Assembly: GCA_963722275.1 (NCBI GenBank) | Contig: CAVRMX010000040.1 | Location: forward strand, 50 to 64,049 | Length of the DNA stretch: 64,000 nucleotides | Direction: 5' to 3' | DNA from: an uncultured Actinomycetes bacterium | GTDB taxonomy: Bacteria > Actinomycetota > Actinomycetes > Streptosporangiales > Streptosporangiaceae | Part shown: positions 29,525 through 40,106 of the stretch, one piece after another | Position numbering within the stretch: the stretch's first letter is position 1 | How the letters are laid out: every line of letters begins with the position of its first letter | Translations under genes and position numbers: made by a program | The notes under the pieces: generated by a model | Told to the model about the DNA's origin: nothing | Database searches by the model: none | Seen by the model: the letters and a program-made list of their open reading frames with translations, nothing else

Positions 29525-29755
29525 CTAGCGATTGATCAGCAAGTTGAGGGCGATAATGCAGACGAACCACAGGACCCCGAAGAAAATCGTGATGCGGTCC
29601 AGGTTCCGCTCGACGACCGAGGAAGAGCCGAGGGTAGAGCTCACCCCGCCGCCGAACAAGTCAGACAGCCCGCCGCCCTTTCCCTTGTGCAGCAGGACGA
29701 GCAAGACCATCACGAGGCTCGTGATGACCAGGACAACGGAGAGCCCGACGACCAT
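29525..29755 (-). CDS. secG: preprotein translocase subunit SecG
   Basis: 76 aa. Two TM helices flank the motif HKGKGGGLSDLFGGG. Conserved position next to tpiA. Confidence 0.9.
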   Translation of the reverse strand: MVVGLSVVLVITSLVMVLLVLLHKGKGGGLSDLFGGGVSSTLGSSSVVERNLDRITIFFGVLWFVCIIALNLLINR

Positions 29756-29803
29756 AGCTGCTATCCATCTCCCGCGAGTGACAAGGGCATTGCTGATGTA
29801 AGC

Positions 29804-30616
29804 CTACGCTGCCAGTTCACGATACCGGCAGATCTGAGCGAACTGCCCGGCGTTGAGGCTGGCTCCGCCGACGAGGGCGCCGTCAACGTCCGGCTGCGCC
29901 ATGATCGGCGCGATGTTGTCGGGCTTGACGGACCCGCCATACAGGATACGCACACTCGTGGCCGTTTCGGCGCCATGAAACTCCGAAACCCGTGACCTGA
30001 TCGCCGCGCACGTCTCCTGAGCGTCCTCCGGGGTGGCCACCATGCCGGTGCCGATGGCCCAGACCGGCTCGTACGCGATCACCATCGCCGCCACCGCGTC
30101 GGCCGGGAACCCCTTGAGACCTTCGTCGAGCTGGCCCATGCAGTGACCGAGCTGCTGCCTGGCCTGGCGGACCTCCAGCGGCTCCCCCAGGCACAAGATC
30201 GGCGTGAGCCCGGACCGCAGCGCGGCCAGCGCCTTGGCGTTGACCACGTCGTCGGTCTCCGCGTGGTACTGCCGCCGCTCGGAGTGCCCGGCCAGCACGT
30301 ACTGGCAGCCCAGCTTGGCCAGCATCGGCCCGGACACGTCGCCGGTGTAGGCACCGGAGTCGAACTGGGAAATATCCTGCGCGCCGTAGGCGATCCGCAG
30401 CTTGTCCCCGTCGATCAGGGTCTGCACGCTGCGCAGCGCGGTGAACGGCGGCAGCACGGCCACCTCGACCGCGTCGAAGTCCTTCCCGGTCAGGGTGAAC
30501 GCGAGCTTCTGGACCAGCGCGATCGCCTCGAGGTGGTTCTCATGCATCTTCCAGTTCCCGGCCATCAGCGGCAGCCGCTTCCCGGAACCCCCGGACGTGC
30601 GGGCGCTGGCCATCAC
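29804..30616 (-). CDS. tpiA: triosephosphate isomerase
   Basis: Motifs [31 protein letters not shown] and YGGSV. Confidence 0.95.
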   Translation of the reverse strand: MMASARTSGGSGKRLPLMAGNWKMHENHLEAIALVQKLAFTLTGKDFDAVEVAVLPPFTALRSVQTLIDGDKLRIAYGAQDISQFDSGAYTGDVSGPMLAKLGCQYVLAGHSERRQYHAETDDVVNAKALAALRSGLTPILCLGEPLEVRQARQQLGHCMGQLDEGLKGFPADAVAAMVIAYEPVWAIGTGMVATPEDAQETCAAIRSRVSEFHGAETATSVRILYGGSVKPDNIAPIMAQPDVDGALVGGASLNAGQFAQICRYRELAA

Positions 30617-31829
30617 GAATCCGCCTCGAGCGCTACCAGCCCGGGCAGCGTCTTGCCTTCGAGGTACTCGAGGCTGGCGCCGCCGCCGGTGGAGATGTGA
30701 CTGTAGGACTTCTCCGGGATGCCCAGCGCGCGGACGGCCGCGGCCGAGTCTCCGCCGCCCACCACGGTCAGCCCGTCGACCGCCGCGACCGCCTCGGCCA
30801 CCGCGCGGGTGCCCGCGGCGAAGGCCGGGAACTCGAACACCCCGACCGGCCCGTTCCAGAACACGGTCTTTGCGTCGGCCAGCTTCTCCGCGAACAGCGC
30901 CCGGGTCCGCGGGCCCGCGTCCACGCCCTCCCGGTCGGCCGGGAAGTCGGTCACCGGCACGACGGAATGTTCCGCGTCGGGCGCGAAGCGGGTCGCCGCG
31001 ACCAGGTCGACGGGGAGGACGAGTTCGACCCCGCGCCGTTCGGCCTCGGCCATGACCTCCTTGACGGCGGGAATCTGGTCAGCCTCGAGCACCGAGTGGC
31101 CGACCTCGTATCCCTGCGCGGCCAGGAACGTGTACCCCATGCCGCCGCCGATCAGGATGCGGTCCGCCAGGTTCAGCAGGTTGCCGATCACGGCGAGCTT
31201 GTCCGACGGCTTCTTGCCGCCGAGGATCACCACGAAGGGCCGAGCCGGGTCGGTGGTGAGCCGGCGCAGCACCGCCACCTCGTCCCGCACCAGGTCGCCC
31301 GCGGCGTGCGGGAGCAGCGCGGGCAGGTCGTACACCGAGGCGTGCTTGCGGTGCACGGCACCGAACCCGTCGCCCACGTACAGCTCGCCGAAGCGGGCCA
31401 GCCGCTGCGCGAAAGCGCCGCGCTCGGCGTCGTCCTTGCTGGTTTCCGCGGGCTCGAAGCGCACGTTCTCCAGTACCGCCACGTCCTCGTCGCCGAGGCT
31501 GAACGCGGTCTCCTCCGCCGAAGGCCCGGCCACGTCGGCGGCGAACGAGACGGGCCGCCCGAGCAGCTCGCCCAGCCGCGCCGCCACCGGCCGCAGCGAC
31601 GGGCCGCCGGCCGCACGCTCCTCGAACGTGGCGCCCTTGGGCCGGCCGAGGTGCGCGAGGACGATCACCCGCGCGCCCCGGTCGGACAGCTTGCTGATCA
31701 CCGGGAGGCTGGCCCGGATCCGGCCGTCGTCGGTGATCTCCCCGGTGCCGGTCAGGTCGAGCGGGACGTTCAGGTCCGACCGCAGCAGCACGCGGCGGCC
31801 CATGACCTCCAGCTCGTCGATCGAGTGCA

Positions 31830-31830
<1 letters not shown>
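30613..31830 (-). CDS. pgk: phosphoglycerate kinase
   Basis: ATG 31830 ([25 protein letters not shown]) overlaps the gap stop by 1 nt. The track ORF extends 44 codons upstream into gap. The [15 protein letters not shown] motif is present. Confidence 0.95.
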
Positions 31831-32891
<1,061 letters not shown>

Positions 32892-33153
32892 CTATCGGAC
32901 GCCGCCCCACGGGGATGACCCGGAGGCGGCACCTGGCCCGCGCGTCCCGGAGCCTGTCGTGACCCCTGTACCGGGCAGGCAGGACAGAATCCTGAGGTCT
33001 AGACCTTATCAAAAGAACAAAGTCAGGGATCCGAACGGCCCGGGCGCGTGCCCCGCGCCCGGGCCTTGCGGCCTGTCGATCCGCGTCCGATGGATTCGTA
33101 TAGGGGTAAAGGCCGGCCCGAAGGGCCGGCGTAGCCTCAGGAGGATGACCGAG

Positions 33154-33507
33154 ATGAAGCAGTACATGCTCAGCATCTACCAGCCGGACGGGGATCCGCC
33201 GCCGCCCGAGATCCTCGAGCCGGTCATGCGGGACATCGACGCGCTGGACGCCGAGATGAGGGCCGCGGGCGCCTGGGTGTTCACCGGCGGCCTGCACCCG
33301 CCGGACACGGCCACCGTGCTGCGGGCGGACGGCGGCAACGTGGTCGTCACCGACGGGCCGTTCGCCGAGGGCAAGGAGCACGTCGGCGGGTTCTGGATCA
33401 TCAGGGCGCCGGATCTGGACGCCGCGCTCGGCTGGGCCCGCAAGGCCACGGTGGCGTGCACGCTGCCGGTCGAGGTCCGGCCGATGGTGGACATGGCGGA
33501 GGGCTGA
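33154..33507 (+). CDS. YciI-family protein
   Basis: ATG 33154 with GGAGGA 10 nt upstream. [11 protein letters not shown]...[18 protein letters not shown] is typical of YciI/DGPF proteins that sit next to SigG-like ECF sigma genes. Confidence 0.8.
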   Translation: MKQYMLSIYQPDGDPPPPEILEPVMRDIDALDAEMRAAGAWVFTGGLHPPDTATVLRADGGNVVVTDGPFAEGKEHVGGFWIIRAPDLDAALGWARKATVACTLPVEVRPMVDMAEG

Positions 33508-33512
33508 CCCTG

Positions 33513-33584
33513 CCCATGCCCATGCCCGGTCCCGCGCCTGTGCCTGTGCCTGCGCCTGCGCCTGCGCCTGCGCCTGCGCCTGCG
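33513..33584. repeat. hexanucleotide microsatellite (cccatg)2 ... (cctgyg)8
   Basis: Eight consecutive cctgtg/cctgcg units at 33537-33584 encode [16 protein letters not shown] at the sigma-factor N-terminus. Confidence 0.9.
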
Positions 33585-34892
33585 CTCGCCGGCGTCGAGC
33601 GCGTCTTCCGCCAGGAGTATGGCCGTGCCGTGGCCGTCCTGACCCGTGTCTTCGGCGACATCGACACCGCCGAGGACGCGGTCCAGGATGCCTTCGCCGA
33701 GGCGGCCAGGCGGTGGCCGTCGGCCGGGCTGCCGCCGAGCCCGGCCGGGTGGATCATCACCACCGCGCGCAACCGGGCCATCGACCGGCTGCGCCGCGAG
33801 GCGGCCCGCGACGGCAAGCACGCCCAGGCCGCGTTTCTGCACGCCCAGGACGAGCCTGTGGAGGAGGAAGGCCCGGTGCGCGATGACCGGCTGCGGCTCA
33901 TCTTCACCTGCTGTCACCCGGCGCTCGCCCCCGCCGCGCGGGTGGCGCTGACGCTCCGGCTGCTCGGCGGCCTCACCACGGCCGAGATCGCGCACGCGTT
34001 CCTGGTACCGGAACCGACCATGGCCCAGCGGCTGGTCCGGGCCAAGGCCAAGATCCGGGACGCGCGAATCCCCTACCGCATCCCGGCGGACGCGGACCTG
34101 CCCGGCCGGATCTCAGCCGTGCTCGCCGTCGTCTACCTCATCTTCAACGAGGGGTACACGGCGAGTTCGGGTACGGCGCTGGCGCGCGACAGCCTGTGCG
34201 CCGAGGCGATCCGGCTCGGGCGGCTGCTGGCCCAGCTGATGCCGGACGAGCCGGAGGTGCTGGGCCTCCTCGCGCTGATGCTGCTCACCGAGTCACGGCG
34301 GGCGGCCCGCACGTCCGCGGACGGCGACCTCGTGCTGCTCGCGGACCAGGACCGGAGCCGCTGGGACGGGGCCCTGATCGCCGAGGGCCAGGCCATCGTC
34401 CGGCAGTGCCTGCGGCGCAACCAGCCCGGCCCGTACCAGATCCAGGCGGCGATCAACGCCGTGCACAGCGACGCGGCGGTCGCATCCGGCACCGATTGGG
34501 ATCAGATCCTGCGGCTGTACGACCAGCTGCTCGCGGTCGCGCCCAGCCCGGTGGTGGCGCTCAACCGGGCCGTGGCGATCACCGAGGTCGACGGCCCGGC
34601 CGCCGCGCTCGCGCTGGTCGACGGCCTGGATCTGGGTAGCTATTACCTGTTCCACGCCATCCGCGCCGACCTGCTCCAGCGGCTGGGCCGGACCGCCGAG
34701 GCCCGGGCCGCCTACGAGACCGCGATCGCGCAGACCGGCAACGCGGCCGAGCGCGCGCACCTAATCGCGGCGAAGGAACGCCTGCGCGACCCGGACGGCG
34801 TATCCGGCGGCCAAGGCCAGGCAGGCCACGACGCCGAGGCCGGGAACGCAGGACAACTCGGTGCGGCTCATATTGAGCACGAAGAATCCTAG
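33516..34892 (+). CDS. ECF sigma factor with a long C-terminal extension (SigG-like class) and an N-terminal (Pro-Ala/Val)n tract
   Basis: Region 2 ([17 protein letters not shown]...[19 protein letters not shown]), region 4 ([29 protein letters not shown]) and a C-terminal domain of about 230 aa. The first usable start codons all lie upstream of or inside the hexanucleotide repeat. Confidence 0.8.
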   Translation: MPMPGPAPVPVPAPAPAPAPAPALAGVERVFRQEYGRAVAVLTRVFGDIDTAEDAVQDAFAEAARRWPSAGLPPSPAGWIITTARNRAIDRLRREAARDGKHAQAAFLHAQDEPVEEEGPVRDDRLRLIFTCCHPALAPAARVALTLRLLGGLTTAEIAHAFLVPEPTMAQRLVRAKAKIRDARIPYRIPADADLPGRISAVLAVVYLIFNEGYTASSGTALARDSLCAEAIRLGRLLAQLMPDEPEVLGLLALMLLTESRRAARTSADGDLVLLADQDRSRWDGALIAEGQAIVRQCLRRNQPGPYQIQAAINAVHSDAAVASGTDWDQILRLYDQLLAVAPSPVVALNRAVAITEVDGPAAALALVDGLDLGSYYLFHAIRADLLQRLGRTAEARAAYETAIAQTGNAAERAHLIAAKERLRDPDGVSGGQGQAGHDAEAGNAGQLGAAHIEHEES

Positions 34893-35132
34893 AGCGCCGG
34901 AGCGCTGGTCAGGTAACTAGGGTAAGTCCAGTCCGCCTGGCATCACGGGCCCCATGAGCTCGGAGGTGGACGGCGGGCCGATGCCTAGCGAATCTAGGTG
35001 TCAAGCAAACCCGGGTCGTCGAGGATCGGCTGCCACGCGAGCTCGGCCGCGCCGACGAGGCTGCCGTTCTCCAGCACGCAGCCGAGCACCGGAACGCTGC
35101 TGCCGCAGACGCCTCCCCCAAGGCCTGACATC

Positions 35133-35185
35133 CATGATCGTGGATCGTTACACCCCAATGGGGGGTATTTGTATCCACGATGATG
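35133..35185. terminator. long imperfect palindrome between the convergent sigma-factor and whiA genes (candidate bidirectional terminator)
   Basis: catgatcgtggat (35133-45) pairs with atccacgatgatg (35173-85) at 12 of 13 positions. The arms enclose an inner CCCC-aat-GGGGGG hairpin. There is no U-tract. Confidence 0.35.
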
Positions 35186-35208
35186 CTGCCCTCTGGTTCA
35201 GGACCGGG

Positions 35209-36192
35209 TCAGGGGAGCATGTCGACGGTGAGGGTGGATTCGGTGCTCGGGATGCCCTGATCGGCCGCCCGGCGGTCGGCCATGGCCAGCAGGCGGCGGA
35301 TGCGGCCGGCGATCGCGTCCTTGGTCAGCGGCGGGTCGGCGAGCTGGCCGAGTTCCTCCAGGCTGGCCTGCCGGTGTGCCATCCGCAGCTGGCCCGCCAT
35401 GGTCAGGTGCTGCGGCGCGTCCGGGCCGAGGATCTCCAGGGCACGCTCCACCCGCGCGCCCGCGGCCACCGCGGCGCGCGCGCTGCGGCGCAGGTTGGCG
35501 TCGTCGAAGTTGGCCAGCCGGTTGGCGGTGGCCCGGACCTCGCGGCGCATCCGGCGCTCCTCCCAGGCCAGCACGGCCTGGTGCGCACCGAGCCGGGTCA
35601 GCATGGCGCTGATCGCCTCGCCGTCCCTGATCACCACCCGGTCCACGCCGCGCACGTCACGCGCTTTGGCGTGCACCTTCAGCCGCCGCGCCGCGCCGAC
35701 CAGGGCGAGCGCCGCCTCCGACCCGGGGCAGGTGATCTCGAGCGCCATCGAGCGGCCCGGCTCGGTCAGCGACCCGTGGGCCAGGAACGCGCCGCGCCAG
35801 GCGGCCTCGCAGTCGCAGGCCAAACCCGACACCACCTGCCGGGGCAGGCCGCGCACCGGGCGGCCGTAGCTGTCGATCAGCCCGGCCTGGCGGGCCAGGC
35901 TCTCGCCGGCCTGCCCCTTGCTCACGCGCACCAGGTAGCGGTTGCCCTTGCGCAGGCCGCTCGGCGAGAGCACCAGGAACTCGGCCGGGTGGCCGAACAC
36001 CTCGGCGATGCTCGCGCGCAGCCGCCGGGCCGCCGCGCCGGTGTCGAGTTCGGCCTCGATGACCACCCGGCCCTCGGACAGGTGCAGGCCGCCGGCGAAT
36101 CTGAGCAGCGTGGAGACCTCGGCCTTACGGCAGCAGGGCTTGATCACCTGGACCCGGCTGAGCTCGTCCTTCACCACGCTGGTCATCGCCAT
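35209..36192 (-). CDS. whiA: sporulation/cell-division transcription factor WhiA
   Basis: 327 aa. [37 protein letters not shown].... Conserved yvcK-whiA synteny. Confidence 0.95.
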   Translation of the reverse strand: MAMTSVVKDELSRVQVIKPCCRKAEVSTLLRFAGGLHLSEGRVVIEAELDTGAAARRLRASIAEVFGHPAEFLVLSPSGLRKGNRYLVRVSKGQAGESLARQAGLIDSYGRPVRGLPRQVVSGLACDCEAAWRGAFLAHGSLTEPGRSMALEITCPGSEAALALVGAARRLKVHAKARDVRGVDRVVIRDGEAISAMLTRLGAHQAVLAWEERRMRREVRATANRLANFDDANLRRSARAAVAAGARVERALEILGPDAPQHLTMAGQLRMAHRQASLEELGQLADPPLTKDAIAGRIRRLLAMADRRAADQGIPSTESTLTVDMLP

Positions 36193-36198
36193 GCGGCG

Positions 36199-37197
36199 TC
36201 ACTCCCCCCAATTAGGTCCCGGCCCAGGATGCCCCGGCACCGCGCGGTAGCTCCCGAAGATCTGCGCGTACATCCCCGCCAGCAGCCTCGGGTCATGCTT
36301 GGGCGTGCCGTCGGCCGCGGCCACGTCCGCCATCACCAGCCGCGCCCCGAGCACCGCGGCTGCCTTCTCCAGGTCGGCCAGGTTACCGGTTCCGGCTGCC
36401 TTGGTGTCGGCGAGGACGATATCCACAGTAAGCGCAGGCGCGTGCCCGGCAAGGACCTCGAGGTGCTTGTGGGGCGAAAATCCCTCCGTCTCGCCCGGCT
36501 GCGGCGCCAGGTTGAGGACGAGCAGCCGCCGGGCCGTGGTGACGTGCAGCGCGGAGGAGAGCTCGGGCACCAGCAGGTGCGGCAGCACGCTGGTGAACCA
36601 CGAGCCAGGGCCGAACACCACCCACTCCGCCTCCAGCACCGCGCGCACCGCCTCGGGCACCGCGGGCGGGTCCGGTGGCAGCAGCGTGATCGACCGCACC
36701 TGGCCGGGCGTGCTGGCGCACGCCGCCTGGCCGCGGACCGTGCTGACCTCGTCGGGCCGGGCCGGATCGGCGCCGACCACTTCCGCGACGATATCCAGCG
36801 GCACTGCGGCCATGGGCAGCACCCGGCCGCCGGTGCCGAGCAGCCTGCCCACCCAATCCAGGCCCGCGACCGTGTCGCCGAGCAGGTCCCACAGCGCGAC
36901 GATGAGCAGGTTGCCGACGGCATGGCCGGCCAGCTCGCGGTCGCCGTCGAAGCGGTGCTGCACGACCTTGCTCCAGGTGGTGCCCCACTCGTCGTCACCG
37001 CACAGCGCGGCCAGCGCCATCCGCAGGTCACCGGGGGGGAGCACGCCGAAGTCGCGGCGCAGCCGCCCGCTCGACCCGCCGTCGTCCGCCACCGTGACGA
37101 TCGCGGTCAGATCATCGGTCACCCGGCGCAGGGCCGACAGCGACGCCGCCAGCCCGTGTCCGCCGCCGAGCGCTACCGCCCTGAGGCCAGTCCCCAA
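36199..37197 (-). CDS. yvcK: gluconeogenesis factor YvcK (CofD-like, UPF0052)
   Basis: Motifs ALGGGHGLAASLSALRR, IVTVADDGGSSGRLR and LPPGDLRMALAAL. Confidence 0.9.
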   Translation of the reverse strand: MGTGLRAVALGGGHGLAASLSALRRVTDDLTAIVTVADDGGSSGRLRRDFGVLPPGDLRMALAALCGDDEWGTTWSKVVQHRFDGDRELAGHAVGNLLIVALWDLLGDTVAGLDWVGRLLGTGGRVLPMAAVPLDIVAEVVGADPARPDEVSTVRGQAACASTPGQVRSITLLPPDPPAVPEAVRAVLEAEWVVFGPGSWFTSVLPHLLVPELSSALHVTTARRLLVLNLAPQPGETEGFSPHKHLEVLAGHAPALTVDIVLADTKAAGTGNLADLEKAAAVLGARLVMADVAAADGTPKHDPRLLAGMYAQIFGSYRAVPGHPGPGPNWGE

Positions 37198-37201
37198 CTG
37201 C

Positions 37202-38095
37202 TCACTCCCGACCCAGATCCCGGTGCACCACCTGCACCTCGGCCCCGACCGCAGAACTACCGAGCGCGCCGGCCACGCGCGCCGCCAGTTCGTCGGCTAT
37301 CGCCACGCTGCGGTGCTTGCCGCCGGTGCAGCCGACCGCGAGAGTGACGAACCGCTTGCCCTCCCGTTCATAGCCGGGCAGCACCACATGGAGCAACTCC
37401 GCGTAATAGCGCAAGAACTCCTTGGCGCCAGGCTGGGCAAGAATGTACTCGCGGACCGGCTCGTCCTGCCCCGTCATGGGGGCAAGCTCGGGGATCCAGT
37501 GCGGGTTGGGCAGGAAGCGGCAGTCGGCCACCAGGTCGGCGTCGACCGGGAGGCCGTATTTGTAGCCGAACGAGACGACGCTGAGCCTCAGCCCGGCGGC
37601 CGTGCCGCCGCCGAAGAAGTCGCGCATCCTGGCCCGCAGCTCGTGCACGTTGAGCCTGGTCGTGTCCAGTACCAGGTCGGCGTCGCCGCGCGCCTCGCGA
37701 AGCAGTTCGCGCTCGGCCGTGATGCCGTCGGTGACCCGGCCGGTGCCCTGCAGCGGGTGCGGCCGCCGTTCGCTGTCGAACCGGCGCACCAGCGTGTCCT
37801 CGGCGGCCTCGAGGTAGACGACGCGCGCGGTCGCGCCGCGCGCGCCGAGGTCGCTGATCGCCGACTTCAGGTCGGTGCTGAAGGCGCGGCTGCGCACGTC
37901 GACGACCGCGGCCATCCGGCTGACCGCGCCGTTGGACCTGGCCGCGAGGTCCACCATGGTCGGCAGCAGGCCCGGTGGCAGGTTGTCGACCACGAACCAG
38001 CCCAGATCCTCCAGCGATTTGGCCGCGGTGGACCGCCCCGCCCCGGACATGCCGGTGATGACGACGATGTCCGCCGGGTCGTCAGCCGTCCTCAT
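37202..38095 (-). CDS. rapZ: RNase adapter / nucleotide-binding protein RapZ (YvcJ)
   Basis: ATG 38095 ([40 protein letters not shown]) overlaps the uvrC 3' end by 14 nt. C-terminal motif CTGGKHRSV. Confidence 0.9.
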   Translation of the reverse strand: MRTADDPADIVVITGMSGAGRSTAAKSLEDLGWFVVDNLPPGLLPTMVDLAARSNGAVSRMAAVVDVRSRAFSTDLKSAISDLGARGATARVVYLEAAEDTLVRRFDSERRPHPLQGTGRVTDGITAERELLREARGDADLVLDTTRLNVHELRARMRDFFGGGTAAGLRLSVVSFGYKYGLPVDADLVADCRFLPNPHWIPELAPMTGQDEPVREYILAQPGAKEFLRYYAELLHVVLPGYEREGKRFVTLAVGCTGGKHRSVAIADELAARVAGALGSSAVGAEVQVVHRDLGRE

Positions 38096-40052
38096 GGCTT
38101 CCCCCTGTGTCGGTGGCCTCGGCCTGGTTCGAGCCCAGGGCGGCGGCGATGGTGGCGGCCAGCCGGGGGCCGATGCCCGGCACCGCCGCGATCTGGACGA
38201 TGCTCGCCGCGCTGAGCTTACGCACCGAACCGAAGTGCTTGAGCAGGGCCTTGCGCCGGGCCGGGCCCAGCCCGGGCAGGTCGTCGAGCGCGCTGGTGGT
38301 GGCGGCCTTGCCGCGCTTCTGCCGGTGGTAGGCGATCGCGAACCTGTGCGCCTCGTCCCGCACCCGCTGCAGCAGGTAGAGCCCCTCGCTGCTGCGAGGC
38401 AGGATGACCGGGTACTCCTCGCCGGGCTGCCAGACCTCTTCCAGGCGCTTGGCCAGGCCGCAGACGGCGACGTCGTCGATGCCCAGCTCGGCCAGGGCCC
38501 GCGCCGCCGCCTCGGCTTGCAGCGGCCCGCCGTCGACGACCACCAGGTTGGGCGGGTAGGCAAATTTCTTCCGCGTGCTTACGTCTTCTTCCTCGGGGTC
38601 CGGGTCACCGAGGGTGTCTAGCTCGCCAGTCTTCTCGCGTTCGGCCAGGTAGCGGCGGAACCGCCGGGTAATTACCTCGTGAATCGCGGAGATGTCGTCG
38701 GTGCCGTCGGTGCCCTTGACCGCGAACCGGCGGTACTCGCTCTTGCGGGCCAGGCCGTCCTCGAACACGACCATCGACGCGACCACGTGCGTGCCCTGCA
38801 GGTTCGAGACGTCATAGCACTCGATCCGCAGCGGGGCATCGTCTAGGTCCAGCGCCTCCTGGATCTCGCTGAGCGCCTTGCTCCGGGTGGTCAGGTCGCT
38901 GGCGCGGCGGGTCTTGTGCAGGGCGAGCGACTGGCCGGCGTTCCTGGCCACGGTCTCCAGCAGGGACTTCTTGTCGCCGCGCCGAGGTACCCGCAGGCTG
39001 ACCGGGCCGCCGCGGCGCTCGGCCAGCCACTGGGTCATGGTCTCCGGGTCCGGCGGAAGCTCGGGCACCAGGACCTCGCGCGGGATGCCGGCGTTGACCG
39101 CCTCCGCCCCGGCCGGGCTGTCCGCGTATACCTGGCCGAGGAACTGCTCCACCAGCCCGGCCGGCGTCACTTCCTCGATCTTGTCCAGGACCCAGCCGCG
39201 CTGGCCGCGGACCCGGCCGCCGCGTACGTAGAACACCTGGACGGCCGCCTCGAGCTGGTCCTCGGCCAGCGCGATCACGTCGCAGTCGGTGCCGTCGCCG
39301 AGCACCACCGCCTGCTTCTCGATCGCCCGCTCCAGCGCCCGCAGGTCGTCACGGAGCCGGGCGGCGCGCTCGAACTCCTCCTCGGCGGCGGCCTGCTTCA
39401 TCTCGGCTTCGAGACGCCCGGCGAACCGGCTGGTCTGCCCGGCCATGAAGTCGCAGAAATCCTCGGCCAGCCGGCGGTGCTCCTCCGCGCTGACCCGCTT
39501 GACGCACGGCGCGGAGCACTTGCCGATGTAGCCAAGCAGGCAGGGGCGGCCGATCTGGCCGGACCGCTTGAACACCCCCGCCGAGCAGGTGCGCACCGGG
39601 AACACCCGGAGCAGCGTGTCCACCGTGTCGCGGATGGCCCAGGCGTGGCTGTACGGGCCGAAGTACCTGGTGCCCTTGCGCTTGGCACCGCGCATGACCT
39701 GGACCCGCGGGTACTCTTCGCCCATGGTGACGGCCAGGTAGGGGTAGCTCTTGTCGTCCCGGTACTTGATGTTGAACCGGGGGTCGAACTCCTTGATCCA
39801 GGAGTACTCCAGCTGCAGCGCCTCGACCTCGGTGCCGACCACGGTCCACTCGACGCCCGCCGCGGTCTGGAGCATCATCTGGGTGCGCGGGTGCAGGCTG
39901 GCGAAGTCGGCGAAGTACTGATTGAGCCGCTGCCGGAGCGACTTGGCCTTGCCGACGTAGATCACCCGGCCGCGCTGATCGCGGAACCTGTAGACCCCTG
40001 GGGATTCGGGAATCTCGCCCGGCGCCGGCCGGTAGCCGTGCGGATCTGCCAC
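38082..40052 (-). CDS. uvrC: excinuclease ABC subunit C
   Basis: 656 aa. GIY-YIG N-terminus ([26 protein letters not shown]), a UvrBC domain and a C-terminal (HhH)2. Confidence 0.95.
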   Translation of the reverse strand: MADPHGYRPAPGEIPESPGVYRFRDQRGRVIYVGKAKSLRQRLNQYFADFASLHPRTQMMLQTAAGVEWTVVGTEVEALQLEYSWIKEFDPRFNIKYRDDKSYPYLAVTMGEEYPRVQVMRGAKRKGTRYFGPYSHAWAIRDTVDTLLRVFPVRTCSAGVFKRSGQIGRPCLLGYIGKCSAPCVKRVSAEEHRRLAEDFCDFMAGQTSRFAGRLEAEMKQAAAEEEFERAARLRDDLRALERAIEKQAVVLGDGTDCDVIALAEDQLEAAVQVFYVRGGRVRGQRGWVLDKIEEVTPAGLVEQFLGQVYADSPAGAEAVNAGIPREVLVPELPPDPETMTQWLAERRGGPVSLRVPRRGDKKSLLETVARNAGQSLALHKTRRASDLTTRSKALSEIQEALDLDDAPLRIECYDVSNLQGTHVVASMVVFEDGLARKSEYRRFAVKGTDGTDDISAIHEVITRRFRRYLAEREKTGELDTLGDPDPEEEDVSTRKKFAYPPNLVVVDGGPLQAEAAARALAELGIDDVAVCGLAKRLEEVWQPGEEYPVILPRSSEGLYLLQRVRDEAHRFAIAYHRQKRGKAATTSALDDLPGLGPARRKALLKHFGSVRKLSAASIVQIAAVPGIGPRLAATIAAALGSNQAEATDTGGSHEDG

Positions 40053-40106
40053 GAAGCAACTTTACGCGCTCCCAGATCTAACAGGCCCGCGCTCCGGCCG
40101 GCCACG

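Noticed and set aside
34990-35110. Minus-strand translation …GGVCGSSVPVLGCVLENGSLVGAAELAWQPILDDPGLL as a remnant of a ROK/sugar-kinase-like gene in the sigma/whiA convergent spacer.
   Set aside because: The resemblance is short and weak, with no start, no stop context and no flanking homology. I cannot tell it apart from chance in GC-rich DNA without a database search.
38916-40106. First 1.2 kb of track ORF 38916..42545(+) as part of the MMPL protein.
   Set aside because: It is antisense to uvrC, which is unambiguous. The MMPL homology and the first hydrophobic segment begin at ATG 40107.
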